Below, in pieces: positions 18,729 to 28,827 of a stretch of 64,000 nt of DNA; position 1 is the first letter of the stretch; the number at the start of each line of letters is the position of its first letter. The translations under genes and the position numbers were made by a program. The notes beneath the pieces are model-generated. The model was not told the origin of the DNA, searched no databases, and saw nothing but the letters and a program-made list of their open reading frames with translations. The DNA lies in assembly GCA_964476125.1 (NCBI GenBank), contig CAYZAE010000002.1:52395-116394 (forward strand), given 5' to 3'. This DNA comes from an uncultured Verrucomicrobiota bacterium. Lineage in GTDB: Bacteria; Verrucomicrobiota; Verrucomicrobiia; Limisphaerales; CAIMTB01.

Positions 18729-21700
18729 TTGGACCGACAGGCTTTCGTCCGAATGCCGCGACACGTTCACTGGGGATGGCGGGGAGCAGTCCTGGCCCTG
18801 ATTTTCGCGGGTCTCTCCACCGGCTTCACGAGCCCTGCGAAGGCTGCCGACGAGGGGGCCGGCTGGCCCATGCATCGGGGGGAGGGAGGGCGCACGGCAT
18901 TCCGGGAGGGCACACTGAAACTCCCGCTGCAACTCGCCTGGCGCCATGATGGCGGCCCGCCGCGACCCGCCTGGGGACCTCCGGCCCGGCGCAGTTACTG
19001 GCAACGTCTGGAGTCCATCGCCGCCCGGGTGGCCGACGACCATGCCCATGCCGCGGTGATTTCGGGGGACGCGGTGTTCTTCGGTTCCTCGGCCGACGAC
19101 ACGGTCCGTTGCCTGGATTTGCAAACGGGGGCGGAACGATGGGTTTTCTGGACCGACGGCCCGGTCCGCTTCGCGCCGGTGATTGCGGAGGGCCGGGTGC
19201 ACTTCGGCAGCGATGACGGCTTCGTGTACGCCCTGGATGTCCGCGATGGACGGTTGTTGTGGCGCCAGCGGCCCGGGCTGGAGGACTGGCGGATTCCAGG
19301 CAATGGCCGGGTCATTTCAAGCTGGCCGGTGCGCACGGGACTTTTGGTGGAGCAGGGAATTGTTTACGCGGCGGCGGGTTTGTATCCGCAACAGGGCGTG
19401 TTCGCCTGTGCTTGGGAGGCGTCGACCGGCGCGGTGCGGTGGCGCGAACCGCTCACGGTGTCGCCGGAGGGATATCTCGTGGCCACGGAGCGCGCCGTCC
19501 TGGTGCCCACGGGGCGGGCTTCGCCCATCGAGTTGGATCGGAGGACAGGGCGGGAGGGAAGGACCTTCGACACGGGCGGCGGGACGTTTGCGGTGGTGCA
19601 CCGGGGCGAGTTGTTTGGTGGGCCCGGCAACGAAGGTTCCGTGACCGTTCAGGCTGCAGCCGGCAAGTCGCCGGGGTCCCGTTTGGTCACCGCGCAGGGC
19701 CGGGGCCTGGTGGCGCGGGGGGGCTGGGTTTACCTGATTCAAGGCGGGGAACTGAGAGCGGTCGATCGGGCGCGCATGGGTGGATTGGAACAATCAGCGC
19801 GCGCGGACGAAGCGCTGATCGCGGAGATCGAAGGCCGTCGTCGCGAAGGAACCGCCCGGGAAGCCGACGTGTCGGCGCTGGCCGCGGCCCGGGAACGGCT
19901 GGCTGGGAATCGGAAATCGCAGGCGGCTTGCGAAAGCTGGCGGGTTCCGTGCCCGGAGGATCTGTCGCTGATCGGGCTGGGCGACGTGCTGGTGGCGGGC
20001 GGATCCAACCGTGTGGCCGCGTTCGAGAGGGCGACCGGCCGACGGGTCTGGGAGGCCGTGGTGGAAGGGCGTGTGCTGGCCCTGGCTGCGGTGAACGGAC
20101 ATTTGGTGGCGAGCACCGACCGTGGGATTCTGCAGGCGTTTCGTGATGCGGGATTGCCGGCGGCCGGGAGTCCGGCGCCAAGTACGAGCACGGCCCCGGC
20201 GGGGATCGCGCCGCAAGCCCGCGTGAATCCGGATGCCGCCCGGGCCAGGGAGGCGTCGGGTCTCCTGGGACGTCTGCTGGAGGCCGGGTTGGCCCCACGG
20301 GGTTTCGGCCTTGTGGTGGGGTCGGGGTCGGGCGCCGTGATCCGGGAGCTGCTGCGGCGCACCGAACTTCAACTGGTGGTGATTGATCCGGATCCCGAAC
20401 GTGTGGCGCGGCTGAGGCGTGATCCGTGGTTCCGGGAAAATGCGGAAAGCCGGGTCTCGGCGCATGAGGTGAAGGGAACCCGGCTTCCGTTCACCGATTA
20501 CTTCGCCAACCTCGTGGTTTCGGAATCGGCGCTGGAAGGCGAGTCCCGTGCGATGGGATTCGCGGAAGCGGAACTCGAACGGGTGGTCCGGCCCTATGGC
20601 GGCCTGCGCTGGACCGATCCAGGGGCGGGTCCCGCACGGCGGGAGGCCCTTTCGGGCGCCGGCGAATGGACGCATCAGTTCGGGAATCCGGCCAACACCG
20701 CCAGCAGCGGCGACCGGCGGATCCGATCGGAGCTGAGACTCCAATGGTTCGGCGGTCCTGGACCGGATGCCATGGTCGACCGGCATTTGCGCGGACCGGC
20801 GCCCTTGAGCGCCGGGGGACGATTGTTTGTTCCCGGGGAGAACCGGTTGCTGGCCGTCGACGCCTACAACGGCACCGAACTTTGGCGAAAGGACCTGCCC
20901 GGTTCCCAACGCTATTCCATGCCGTACGACGCCGGCTACCTGTCGGTCGAAGGAGAAACTTTGGCCGTGGCGGTCCGGGACGCTTGCTGGCTGATCCGGG
21001 CCGCGGATGGGGAGGTCCTGCGGCGGCATCAGGTTCCTGAGCCCGCCTCGACTCCGGGCACGAAGGGAGGGGGTTGGGATTGGGGCTGGGTGGTTCTGGA
21101 GGGTGGGTCCCTGTTCGGAAGTGTTCAGAAATCCGGGGCCTCGCGCACCCAGGCCAGCTATGAGCAGATCGACGTCGATTACGGCAACGAGCAACCGCTG
21201 GTGACCGGGAGATCCGTGTTCCGCCTGGATCCGGCAACCGGGCGGATCGCGTGGGAACGGCGATCCGGCGGGGTGATCAACACGACCCTGGCCCTGGGGG
21301 CTGGCCGCGTGCTTTTCGTGGAAGCGCGGTCCCCCGAACTGGCTTCGCATCCGACCGGACGGATTCCCCTGGGCCGGGCCCTGGCGGCGGAACCGTGGCT
21401 GGTGGCGGTGGACGCCGGGAGCGGACGGGTCGAATGGGAGCGACCGTTGGATGGGGCTCTGCGCGAAAGCCGGAACGCGCTCTATCTGGCGATCGATGGG
21501 GAGGGGGTGGTTCTGGTGGGATCGCACGTCACCGCGGCCAACGACACCCGGTACGTGGTGGAACGACGGCGGCTGTCCGACGGCACGAGGGAGTGGCAGG
21601 CGGACCATGCAGCGGGCATGCCCGGGGCGTTTACGCACGGGGAACAGGTGCATCATCCGGTGGTGCTCGGGGACCTGCTGGTGGCGGAGCCCGTGGTTTA

Positions 21701-22031
21701 TGAACTGAAAACCGGTCGTCGCAAACCGGTGGCGTGGGGACAGGAGGACTGGCGATTGGTGCGGCCGGGGCACAGCTGCGGAACGCTCAGCGGCGCGGGG
21801 GATTGCCTGTTCTTCCGGGCCAACAATCCGACGGTGCTGGATGTCCGGACCAGCCTCGAGTCCACGGCGGCGGGCGCGAAGAAGCTGTCGCCGTCCCGCA
21901 CCGGTTGCTGGATCAACATGATCCCCGCCGGCGGCCTGCTGCTGATTCCCGAGGCGAGTGCCGGTTGCGTCTGCCAGTACTCCCTCCAGACGTCGATGGC
22001 GTTCCTTCCCTGGCCTTCCGGCGGCCGCTGA
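18729..22031 (+). CDS. large secreted PQQ-like/BamB-like beta-propeller repeat protein with a central Rossmann (methyltransferase-like) segment
   Basis: N-terminal signal (WRGAVLALIFAGLSTGFTSPAKA). Recurrent motifs are typical of PQQ-type propeller blades: FFGSxDxxVxALDxxTGxxxW, VYAAAG, and LWRxxL/WE. The central GFGLVVGSGSGAVIRELLRRTELQLVVIDPD resembles SAM-MTase motif I. The start could be 18753. Confidence 0.7.
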   Translation: MDRQAFVRMPRHVHWGWRGAVLALIFAGLSTGFTSPAKAADEGAGWPMHRGEGGRTAFREGTLKLPLQLAWRHDGGPPRPAWGPPARRSYWQRLESIAARVADDHAHAAVISGDAVFFGSSADDTVRCLDLQTGAERWVFWTDGPVRFAPVIAEGRVHFGSDDGFVYALDVRDGRLLWRQRPGLEDWRIPGNGRVISSWPVRTGLLVEQGIVYAAAGLYPQQGVFACAWEASTGAVRWREPLTVSPEGYLVATERAVLVPTGRASPIELDRRTGREGRTFDTGGGTFAVVHRGELFGGPGNEGSVTVQAAAGKSPGSRLVTAQGRGLVARGGWVYLIQGGELRAVDRARMGGLEQSARADEALIAEIEGRRREGTAREADVSALAAARERLAGNRKSQAACESWRVPCPEDLSLIGLGDVLVAGGSNRVAAFERATGRRVWEAVVEGRVLALAAVNGHLVASTDRGILQAFRDAGLPAAGSPAPSTSTAPAGIAPQARVNPDAARAREASGLLGRLLEAGLAPRGFGLVVGSGSGAVIRELLRRTELQLVVIDPDPERVARLRRDPWFRENAESRVSAHEVKGTRLPFTDYFANLVVSESALEGESRAMGFAEAELERVVRPYGGLRWTDPGAGPARREALSGAGEWTHQFGNPANTASSGDRRIRSELRLQWFGGPGPDAMVDRHLRGPAPLSAGGRLFVPGENRLLAVDAYNGTELWRKDLPGSQRYSMPYDAGYLSVEGETLAVAVRDACWLIRAADGEVLRRHQVPEPASTPGTKGGGWDWGWVVLEGGSLFGSVQKSGASRTQASYEQIDVDYGNEQPLVTGRSVFRLDPATGRIAWERRSGGVINTTLALGAGRVLFVEARSPELASHPTGRIPLGRALAAEPWLVAVDAGSGRVEWERPLDGALRESRNALYLAIDGEGVVLVGSHVTAANDTRYVVERRRLSDGTREWQADHAAGMPGAFTHGEQVHHPVVLGDLLVAEPVVYELKTGRRKPVAWGQEDWRLVRPGHSCGTLSGAGDCLFFRANNPTVLDVRTSLESTAAGAKKLSPSRTGCWINMIPAGGLLLIPEASAGCVCQYSLQTSMAFLPWPSGGR

Positions 22032-22139
22032 GGGGAGGGTGGGACGCTGCCGCTGTCAGGAATGCCTTCGACATCCGGGTCCGGCGTGCGAGTATGCGAC
22101 CACTTTCCGAGCCAACGCCGTAACATCGAAAGCTTCCAC

Positions 22140-23138
22140 ATGAACACTGTCCGAACTCCCCGCATCCCTGCTCTCACCTGGATGTCGCTGCTGCTGATCG
22201 CTGCGAGGGGCCTGGGTGCGGCGGATCCGGTGTTCTCCGGTCCGCAGCCGGGGGAAAAGGTCTCCGGGTTCAAGGTGGTCGCGCTGAACGGTCCGGGGAT
22301 GGGCCAGGAACGGGATCCGACGGCAGGAACAGGAACAGGAACCGCAACCGATGGGAAACCCCTGGTCCTGGTGTTTGTGCATGCCATCGAACGTTCCCTG
22401 GTGCCGCTGCTGCGGTCGGTGGACGAGTACGGTGCGGCTCGATCGAATCTGCTGCGGACCGAGATTGTCTTTCTGTCGGCTGACCGGCTCGAAGGCGAGC
22501 GGCGGGTGAAGGCGGCGAGTGGATCGCTCAAGTTGAAGAGTCCGGTCGGTCTCTCGATCGATGGCGCGGAGGGCCCGGGCAATTACGGGCTCAACAAGGA
22601 ATGCCTGATGACCCTGGTGGCGGTGCGTGGTTCGACCGTGGCCACCAATTTCGCCTTGGTTCAGCCGGGGATCGTCGACGCTCCCCGGATCGTGTCGGCT
22701 CTGGCCGCGCTTTGCGGCGACACCCATCCGCCAAGTATTGAATCGCTCACCCAACGTCCGCCGGCGCGTGCCGGGGAGGCGGGCCGAATGGACGCGGGCA
22801 ATCGCGGGACGACACCGGAGGGCAAGCCGAAGGAGCCCTTTCCGGGCGCGACCCCAACCGACCTGCGCATGATGGGCCTACTGCGGCGGTTCATTAAGCC
22901 GACCAACGACGTTGCCACCGTGGACACGGTCCTGGCCGAGGTTCGGGCGTTGGTGAAGGAACAGCCCGAGCTTCGGAAACAGGCTGTCGACGGCTGGACC
23001 CGGGTGCTGCATTTCGGGGATCGCTACGGCACCGCGCATGCCCGGAAGGTCGGTCAGGAGTTCCTCGAGGAAATGAAGGCGGGCATGGAGGAGAAATCCG
23101 ATAAGGACGCCAAGCCCGTGCGGGATGCCGGTCGATGA
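22140..23138 (+). CDS. hypothetical secreted protein (possible Cys-less thioredoxin/redoxin-like fold)
   Basis: ORF 22062..23138 trimmed to ATG 22140, where MNTVRTPRIPALTWMSLLLIAARGLGA looks like a signal. GKPLVLVFVHAIERSLVPLL resembles the AhpC/TSA strand-helix region but lacks the Cys. Fold assignment is weak. Confidence 0.5.
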   Translation: MNTVRTPRIPALTWMSLLLIAARGLGAADPVFSGPQPGEKVSGFKVVALNGPGMGQERDPTAGTGTGTATDGKPLVLVFVHAIERSLVPLLRSVDEYGAARSNLLRTEIVFLSADRLEGERRVKAASGSLKLKSPVGLSIDGAEGPGNYGLNKECLMTLVAVRGSTVATNFALVQPGIVDAPRIVSALAALCGDTHPPSIESLTQRPPARAGEAGRMDAGNRGTTPEGKPKEPFPGATPTDLRMMGLLRRFIKPTNDVATVDTVLAEVRALVKEQPELRKQAVDGWTRVLHFGDRYGTAHARKVGQEFLEEMKAGMEEKSDKDAKPVRDAGR

Positions 23139-25270
23139 AGATGAAGCGGCACGCGATCAGCGCGGGTCTTGCGGTTCTCCTGCTCGCGGGGAGCGTTCAG
23201 GCGGCGGAGGTGCCGGTGTTTCGGACCGACGTTCTGCCGGTACTTACCAAGGCGGGATGCAATGCGGGTGCCTGCCATGGCGCGGCGACGGGGCAGGGTG
23301 GGTTTCGACTCAGCCTGTTGGGGTATGATCCCGAGGAGGACTTCGAGCGCATCGCGCGGGAATCGGGGACGCGTCGGATCGAGGTGGGGCGTCCGTTGGA
23401 AAGCCTGATCCTTCGCAAGGCCTCCAACGAGCTCGAGCACGAGGGCGGCCGAAAACTGGGTCCGGGTTCCGCGGGCTACGAGACCCTGCGCCGCTGGATC
23501 GCGGCGGGAGCACCGTTCGGGCCTCCCGGACTTCGCGTCACCGGCATTGCCGTCGAACCCACGGATCTGCTGCTTGAGTCCGGGTCCCCGGCGCGTCCGC
23601 TGCAGGTGCGGGCGACTCTTTCCAACGGCGCGCAACGGGATGTCACGGCGCTGGCGCTGTACACCTCGAATGACGAGGCCGTGGTGGGGGTTTCGAAGGC
23701 GGGACAGATCACCGCCGCCGGGAGCGGTCTGGCAAGCGTGATGGTGCGGTTCTCGGGGCAGGTGGCCGCGGCGCGGGTGGCGGTGCCTTACGACGCCGGC
23801 ACAAATCTGCCCGCCGCGTTGCCTCCGGCCGGATTCATCGACGAACACGTGGGGGCCGAGTTGCAGCGCCTGCGCGTGCCGGCTTCGCCGCCGAGTGCCG
23901 AGGCGGAATTCCTGCGCCGTGTCAGCCTCGATGTCACGGGCCGCCTGCCGTCAGCGCAGGTGACGCGACGGTTCCTGGACGCTCCGCCGTCGGATGCGAA
24001 GCGGGACCGGTTGATCGAGGAACTGTTGGTGGACGAGGCGTTCGTGGATTTCTGGACCCTGAAGCTGGCGGACCTGCTGCTGGTGCAGGGGAAGGGGGAG
24101 GGGGTGCGGGCCTACCACGCCTGGTTGCGGGAGCAGGTCGCGGACGATGTTCCCTTGGACCGCGTGGCGCGTGAGTTGGTGACGGGCGGCGGCGATACGC
24201 GCCTGGAGGGCCCGGCGAACTTCATGATGCTGGCAAATGATCCGCGCGACCTCGCGGAGCATGTCGGCCGCATTTTCCTGGGCGCGCGCATCGCCTGTGC
24301 CCGATGCCATGCGCATCCCTCCGATCGCTGGACCCAGGAGGATTACCACCGCTTTGCCGCGTATTTCGCGAGGGTCCAGCGCGACGACGGCGTGGTGCGG
24401 GTGGCCTCGCGCGGGGAGGTCGATCATCCCAAGACGGGTCGGGCGATGACGCCGAAGCCGTTGGGCACGGAACCCGAGCCCATGCCGGGCACAAACGTGG
24501 GCGACGGGGATCGCCGGGAGGAACTCGCCCGCTGGCTGGCGTCGGCGGACAACCCGTTCTTTGCGCGCACGTTCGTCAACCGCGTCTGGAAGCATCTTTT
24601 CGGACGGGGCCTGGTGGAGCCGGTGGATGATTTACGACCGACGAATCCGGCCAGTCACCCGGCCTTGCTGGATGCGCTGGCGACGCACTGGGTGGCCCAC
24701 GGTTACCGCCTTCGGCCGCTCGTGCGCACGATGGTGCGTTCGCGGACCTACCAACTCGGTTCCGTCACGGTCGGGGTCAATGCGGGGGAGACCCGCCTGT
24801 TTTCCCATGCCTATGCCCGGCCCCTGCCGGCCGAAGTCTTCGCCGACGCCGTGGCCCAGGTCACCGGGGTGGCTGACGGGTACGAAGACCATCCCGCAGG
24901 CACGCGAGCGGTCCAGCTGGCGAGCCCGTCCACGCCATCGACGGCTCTCGACGTGCTGGGCCGCTGCCGGCGAACGCGTCCCTGTGAGACCGGGTCCTCC
25001 GAGGGAGGGGGACTGGCGCAGGCCCTGCATCTCATCAATGGCAGCACCATCAACGGCAAGCTGCGCGGCGGGCTGGTCGGGGCCTGGAAGGACAGGCCGT
25101 TTCCGGAAGCCCTCGAGGAAGTCTATCTGCGCGCCCTGGTGCGGCGCCCTTCGGCCGAGGAGATCGCGCTTTGGGAATCCTTTGCGCAGCAGGGCGAGGA
25201 TCGTGAACAGACGCTGGCGGACCTCGTCTGGGTCCTGCTCAACTCCCGTGAATTCGCCTTCAACCACTGA
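23135..25270 (+). CDS. DUF1549/DUF1553 (PSCyt2/PSD1) domain protein with an Ig-like (Big_2-type) insert
   Basis: N-terminal LTKAGCNAGACHGAATGQGGFRLSLLGYDPEED. Mid-protein FVDFWTLKLADLL and RIACARCHAHPSDRW. C-terminal LLNSREFAFNH. All are typical of this PVC-expanded family. ATGA overlap with the upstream gene. Confidence 0.85.
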   Translation: MKMKRHAISAGLAVLLLAGSVQAAEVPVFRTDVLPVLTKAGCNAGACHGAATGQGGFRLSLLGYDPEEDFERIARESGTRRIEVGRPLESLILRKASNELEHEGGRKLGPGSAGYETLRRWIAAGAPFGPPGLRVTGIAVEPTDLLLESGSPARPLQVRATLSNGAQRDVTALALYTSNDEAVVGVSKAGQITAAGSGLASVMVRFSGQVAAARVAVPYDAGTNLPAALPPAGFIDEHVGAELQRLRVPASPPSAEAEFLRRVSLDVTGRLPSAQVTRRFLDAPPSDAKRDRLIEELLVDEAFVDFWTLKLADLLLVQGKGEGVRAYHAWLREQVADDVPLDRVARELVTGGGDTRLEGPANFMMLANDPRDLAEHVGRIFLGARIACARCHAHPSDRWTQEDYHRFAAYFARVQRDDGVVRVASRGEVDHPKTGRAMTPKPLGTEPEPMPGTNVGDGDRREELARWLASADNPFFARTFVNRVWKHLFGRGLVEPVDDLRPTNPASHPALLDALATHWVAHGYRLRPLVRTMVRSRTYQLGSVTVGVNAGETRLFSHAYARPLPAEVFADAVAQVTGVADGYEDHPAGTRAVQLASPSTPSTALDVLGRCRRTRPCETGSSEGGGLAQALHLINGSTINGKLRGGLVGAWKDRPFPEALEEVYLRALVRRPSAEEIALWESFAQQGEDREQTLADLVWVLLNSREFAFNH

Positions 25271-25297
25271 GAACTGCCCGTCCCGGAGATTGCATCC

Positions 25298-26641
25298 ATG
25301 AACACCCTCACGCCAGGTGCCGGCATCCGATGTGACGGGGTTTCGCGCCGGGACTTCCTGCATCTCGGGGTGCTGACCGGATTCGGACTCAGCCTGCCGG
25401 GATTGTTCCGACGACAGGCCCTGGCGGCGGTTCCCGCTGCGGCGGGAGTCCGGGCCCCAGCGAAGTCCTGCATTCTTCTCTGGCTGGATGGGGGGCCGAG
25501 CCACATCGACCTGTTCGATCCCAAGCCGGAGGCGCCGTCCGAGATCCGCAGTCCGTTCCGGTCGATCCCGACGGTGGTTCCCGGTCTTCATCTTTGCGAG
25601 CACCTGTCCCGGACGGCGAAGGTGATGAAGGACGTGGCATTGATCCGGTCGCTGACCCACGAACTTGGCAATCACGACACCGGCAGCCGGTTCCTGCTCA
25701 CCGGTCACCGGCCGACGCCGGCGCTGGAGTATCCCAGCCTCGGCAGCCTGGTGGCGCACCAGCGCGGTTTCGGGTCGGCGATGCCGCCGTACCTCGCGAT
25801 TCCCGGGGATTCGGTGGGTGGCAATTCGAATGCGGCCCGGGCGGGGTATCTGCCCGGTGCTTATTCGGCTTTCAACGTCGGGGCCGACCCGTCCCGGGTG
25901 GAGGGAATGCAGTTGCCCGAGGGCGTATCCTTCGGACGCAGCGAACGCCGCAGGGACATGCTGGCCCGCATCGATGCCTATTCGCGCCGGGTGGAGGATG
26001 GACCGGCCACCCGGGATCGGGATGTGTTTTACGAGCAGGCCTATCGCTTGCTGGCGTCGCCGGAGACCAAGGCCGCCTTCGATCTTTCGCAGGAAACACC
26101 CGCCACACGGGAGAAGTATGGCCCCAGCCGGGTGGGAACGGGCTGTCTTCTCGCCCGCCGCTTGGTCGAGGCGGGAGCGGCGTTCGTGACGGTGGTCGAT
26201 GCCGGGTGGGATACCCATGTCCAGATCGCCCGGGAATTGCCTGATTCAAGGTTCCCCGGGAGCGGCAAGGTGCCGTCGCTGGATCGCGCCTACGCGGCGC
26301 TTCTCACGGACCTCCGGGAGCGCGGCCTTTTGGAATCCACCCTGGTCGTGCTCCTGGGCGAGTTCGGCCGGACCCCGCGATTCAACGCGCAGGGTGGACG
26401 GGACCACTGGCCCAGGGCCGGCTTTGCCTGTCTGGCGGGCGGCGGTGTGCAGGGCGGACGGGTGATCGGGGCGACGAACAGTTTTGGCGAAGTGCCCGTG
26501 GAACGACCGGTGGGCCCGGCGGATCTTGCCTTCACCCTGCTCGACCGGCTCGGGGTGGATCCGACCCGCGAATTGACCACATCCACGGGCCGCCCCATGA
26601 AAATCATGGCCGAGGGCGGTCTCATCCGTGAACTCCTATGA
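25298..26641 (+). CDS. DUF1501 domain protein (sulfatase-like fold, Tat signal)
   Basis: Twin-arginine-type SRRDFLHLG. The motifs LWLDGGPSHIDLFDPKP and GEFGRTPRFN...GRDHW are characteristic of DUF1501, the usual partner of DUF1549/1553. Confidence 0.85.
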   Translation: MNTLTPGAGIRCDGVSRRDFLHLGVLTGFGLSLPGLFRRQALAAVPAAAGVRAPAKSCILLWLDGGPSHIDLFDPKPEAPSEIRSPFRSIPTVVPGLHLCEHLSRTAKVMKDVALIRSLTHELGNHDTGSRFLLTGHRPTPALEYPSLGSLVAHQRGFGSAMPPYLAIPGDSVGGNSNAARAGYLPGAYSAFNVGADPSRVEGMQLPEGVSFGRSERRRDMLARIDAYSRRVEDGPATRDRDVFYEQAYRLLASPETKAAFDLSQETPATREKYGPSRVGTGCLLARRLVEAGAAFVTVVDAGWDTHVQIARELPDSRFPGSGKVPSLDRAYAALLTDLRERGLLESTLVVLLGEFGRTPRFNAQGGRDHWPRAGFACLAGGGVQGGRVIGATNSFGEVPVERPVGPADLAFTLLDRLGVDPTRELTTSTGRPMKIMAEGGLIRELL

Positions 26642-27726
26642 GGGTTGCCCGGTGGAAAGCCATCGTCCTGGCGGTGGGGGTGGCCGGTCTTTGGGGCAGT
26701 CCTACGGGAGCGACGGAGAGCGCGCCGTTGGCCGAGTCCATGCCGGTGACGGCTCTCGTGTTTTCGCCCGATGGCTCGAACCTGGTTTCGAACGGCGATC
26801 GTTCCCTGGCGGTTCGTGATCCGGCGGATGGCACGGTGCGGCGATCGGTTCCCTGCGATTTGAAGCGCATCACCAGCCTCGCGTTCCGACGCGACGGACG
26901 CCTCCTGGCGGTGGGGGGCGGCGAGCCGGGGGTGCGCGGCGAATGGTGTTTGTTCAGCTGGCCGGAGGGCCGGTTGGTGCGGCGATCGGGCGGTCCCCGC
27001 GATCTCGTGACCAGCGTGGCCTTCGATCGGGAGGGTCGTCGTCTGGGGGTGGCCTCGGCGGATCACGGCGCCAGCCTGTGGGAACTTGGCCCTGACCCGG
27101 GGGCGTCCGGGGGAGGGGCCGGGGCCGGATCGTCGTTGGGCGAACCCACCGAACGGCCCCGCTTCACGCTGACCGGCCATGCGGGACCGGTCCTGGCTGT
27201 TGCGTTCCCGGGGTCCGGCGATTTGCTGGTCACGGCGGGTGGGGATCGGTCGGTGAAGGTCTGGAGCCTCGACGGGGGCCGGTTGCAGCGTTCGCTGAAC
27301 CACCACACGGAGGCTATTCGGGCCCTTGCCTTCCGTCCCATGGAGGCCGGGGTTGGGGCGGGGGCTGGCGCCTGGCAGGAGTTTTGCGCCACGGCAGGAG
27401 ACGACCGGACCGTGCGCGTCTGGCAGCCGGGCCTTGGGCGCATGGTGCGCATTATCCGGGGCCACGAAAGTGCGGTGCTGGCGCTGACCTGGAGCGTGGA
27501 TGGCCGGTGGTTGTTTTCGGTGGGTCGGGACGGGGTGATCCGGTGTGTGGAGGGCGACAGCGATGTTCTCCGGGCGCAGTGGCGGGCGCAGGACGACTGG
27601 ATCTATGCGCTGGCGGCGAGCCCGGACGGTGCCCGGCTGGCCTCGGGCGGCTGGGGGGCGCGGGTGCGGGTGGACGAACTTCGAGCGCGGGTTCCCGGCT
27701 GGCAGGCAGAGGCGGGTTCCCCATGA
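26638..27726 (+). CDS. WD40-repeat beta-propeller protein (secreted/periplasmic)
   Basis: Repeated blade patterns: LTGHAGPVLAVAFxxxGDLLVTAGGDRSVKVW, TAGDDRTVRVW, and SxDGxxLxSxG. N-terminal signal-like helix. ATGA overlap with the DUF1501 gene at 26638-26641. Confidence 0.85.
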   Translation: MRVARWKAIVLAVGVAGLWGSPTGATESAPLAESMPVTALVFSPDGSNLVSNGDRSLAVRDPADGTVRRSVPCDLKRITSLAFRRDGRLLAVGGGEPGVRGEWCLFSWPEGRLVRRSGGPRDLVTSVAFDREGRRLGVASADHGASLWELGPDPGASGGGAGAGSSLGEPTERPRFTLTGHAGPVLAVAFPGSGDLLVTAGGDRSVKVWSLDGGRLQRSLNHHTEAIRALAFRPMEAGVGAGAGAWQEFCATAGDDRTVRVWQPGLGRMVRIIRGHESAVLALTWSVDGRWLFSVGRDGVIRCVEGDSDVLRAQWRAQDDWIYALAASPDGARLASGGWGARVRVDELRARVPGWQAEAGSP

Positions 27727-27760
27727 TCAGCGGCGTTCCCCGACTCATTTCCTTTCATTC

Positions 27761-28639
27761 ATGAACCTCATTCACGTTTTCGGACTGACGGCGAAGCGGG
27801 CGGGCCTTCGACGTTGCCTTGGGTTGATTCTGGCCCTGGGCGCGGTGTTGCCGGTGTGCGCCGTGGAACCGGTCCCGGAGAAGCTTGTCGTGCTCACCTT
27901 CGACGATTCCGTGGCCTCCCATCACGCGGTGGCCCGGCCCTTGCTGAAGCGTTACGGGTTTGGGGCGACGTTCTTCATCACGGAAGGCTTCACCTTCCGG
28001 ACGAACAAGAAGGACTACATGACCTGGGACCAGATCGCGGAACTGCACCGCGACGGGTTCGAGATCGGCAACCACACCCGGGATCACCTGGGGATCCTTG
28101 CGGCCACGGTCGGACGGCTTTCGGAGCAACTGCAGGCCATCGAGGATCGTTGCCGTGAGCATGGCATTCCCCGGCCGGTCAGTTTCGCGTGGCCCGGCAA
28201 TGCATTTCACACGAACGCGCTGCCGATCCTGAAGCAGGCCGGCATCCGCTTCGCACGGCGCGGCGGTGAGCCGGAGGTTCCGTACAAGGAAGGGGGCGGC
28301 GTGGCGTTCGAACCGAACCGCGACCATCCGCTGCTCATTCCCACCTCCGGCGATGCGCGACCTGTCTGGACCCTGGAGGATCTGAAACGCGCCGTGGCCC
28401 GGGGAGGAAAGGGGCGCATCCCGGTGTTGCAGTTCCACGGCGTGCCCGAGGGCGAGCATCCCTGGGTCAACACGCCCCGCGAACGTTTCGAGGAGTACCT
28501 CGCCTGGCTTCATGCCGAAGGCTACCGGGCCATCGCGTTGCGGGATCTGGCAGCGTACGTGGATGAGACCGTTGTTCACCCGGACCCGATGGCCGTCATG
28601 CAGCAGCGGATGGCTGCGCGGAAGGAAGCGAATCCGTGA
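27761..28639 (+). CDS. polysaccharide deacetylase family protein
   Basis: ORF 27545..28639 trimmed to ATG 27761 (signal-like N-terminus). Contains LVVLTFDDSVASHH, ATFFIT and GNHTRDH motifs. Confidence 0.8.
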   Translation: MNLIHVFGLTAKRAGLRRCLGLILALGAVLPVCAVEPVPEKLVVLTFDDSVASHHAVARPLLKRYGFGATFFITEGFTFRTNKKDYMTWDQIAELHRDGFEIGNHTRDHLGILAATVGRLSEQLQAIEDRCREHGIPRPVSFAWPGNAFHTNALPILKQAGIRFARRGGEPEVPYKEGGGVAFEPNRDHPLLIPTSGDARPVWTLEDLKRAVARGGKGRIPVLQFHGVPEGEHPWVNTPRERFEEYLAWLHAEGYRAIALRDLAAYVDETVVHPDPMAVMQQRMAARKEANP

Positions 28640-28827
28640 GTGGGCGGGGCATCCCCAATGTTCGATTGGGTCGCATCCAGATGGAATGGCTTGCGCAAGC
28701 CGGAGGTTCACCCCACAGGGCACAGAGAGCACCGAGGGAGGACGGAAGAAGTCGGCTGCTGGCCAACCGATTGGACTGGGTGAAGCCGGGCGGGTGGTAC
28801 GGCAACCAGTGGGTTCGGAATCCGGAT

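Noticed and set aside
28688-28701. 14-bp perfect palindrome GGCTTGCGCAAGCC in the deacetylase/cobA convergent spacer.
   Set aside because: It is too short and loop-less to call as a terminator or operator with any confidence, and it occurs once only.
28811-28823. T-loop-like string gggttcggaatcc in the convergent spacer 28640-28827, raising the possibility of a tRNA.
   Set aside because: It has an extra G relative to GGTTCGAATCC. I also could not build flanking T-stem, acceptor-stem or anticodon-arm pairings on either strand. No tRNA is called.
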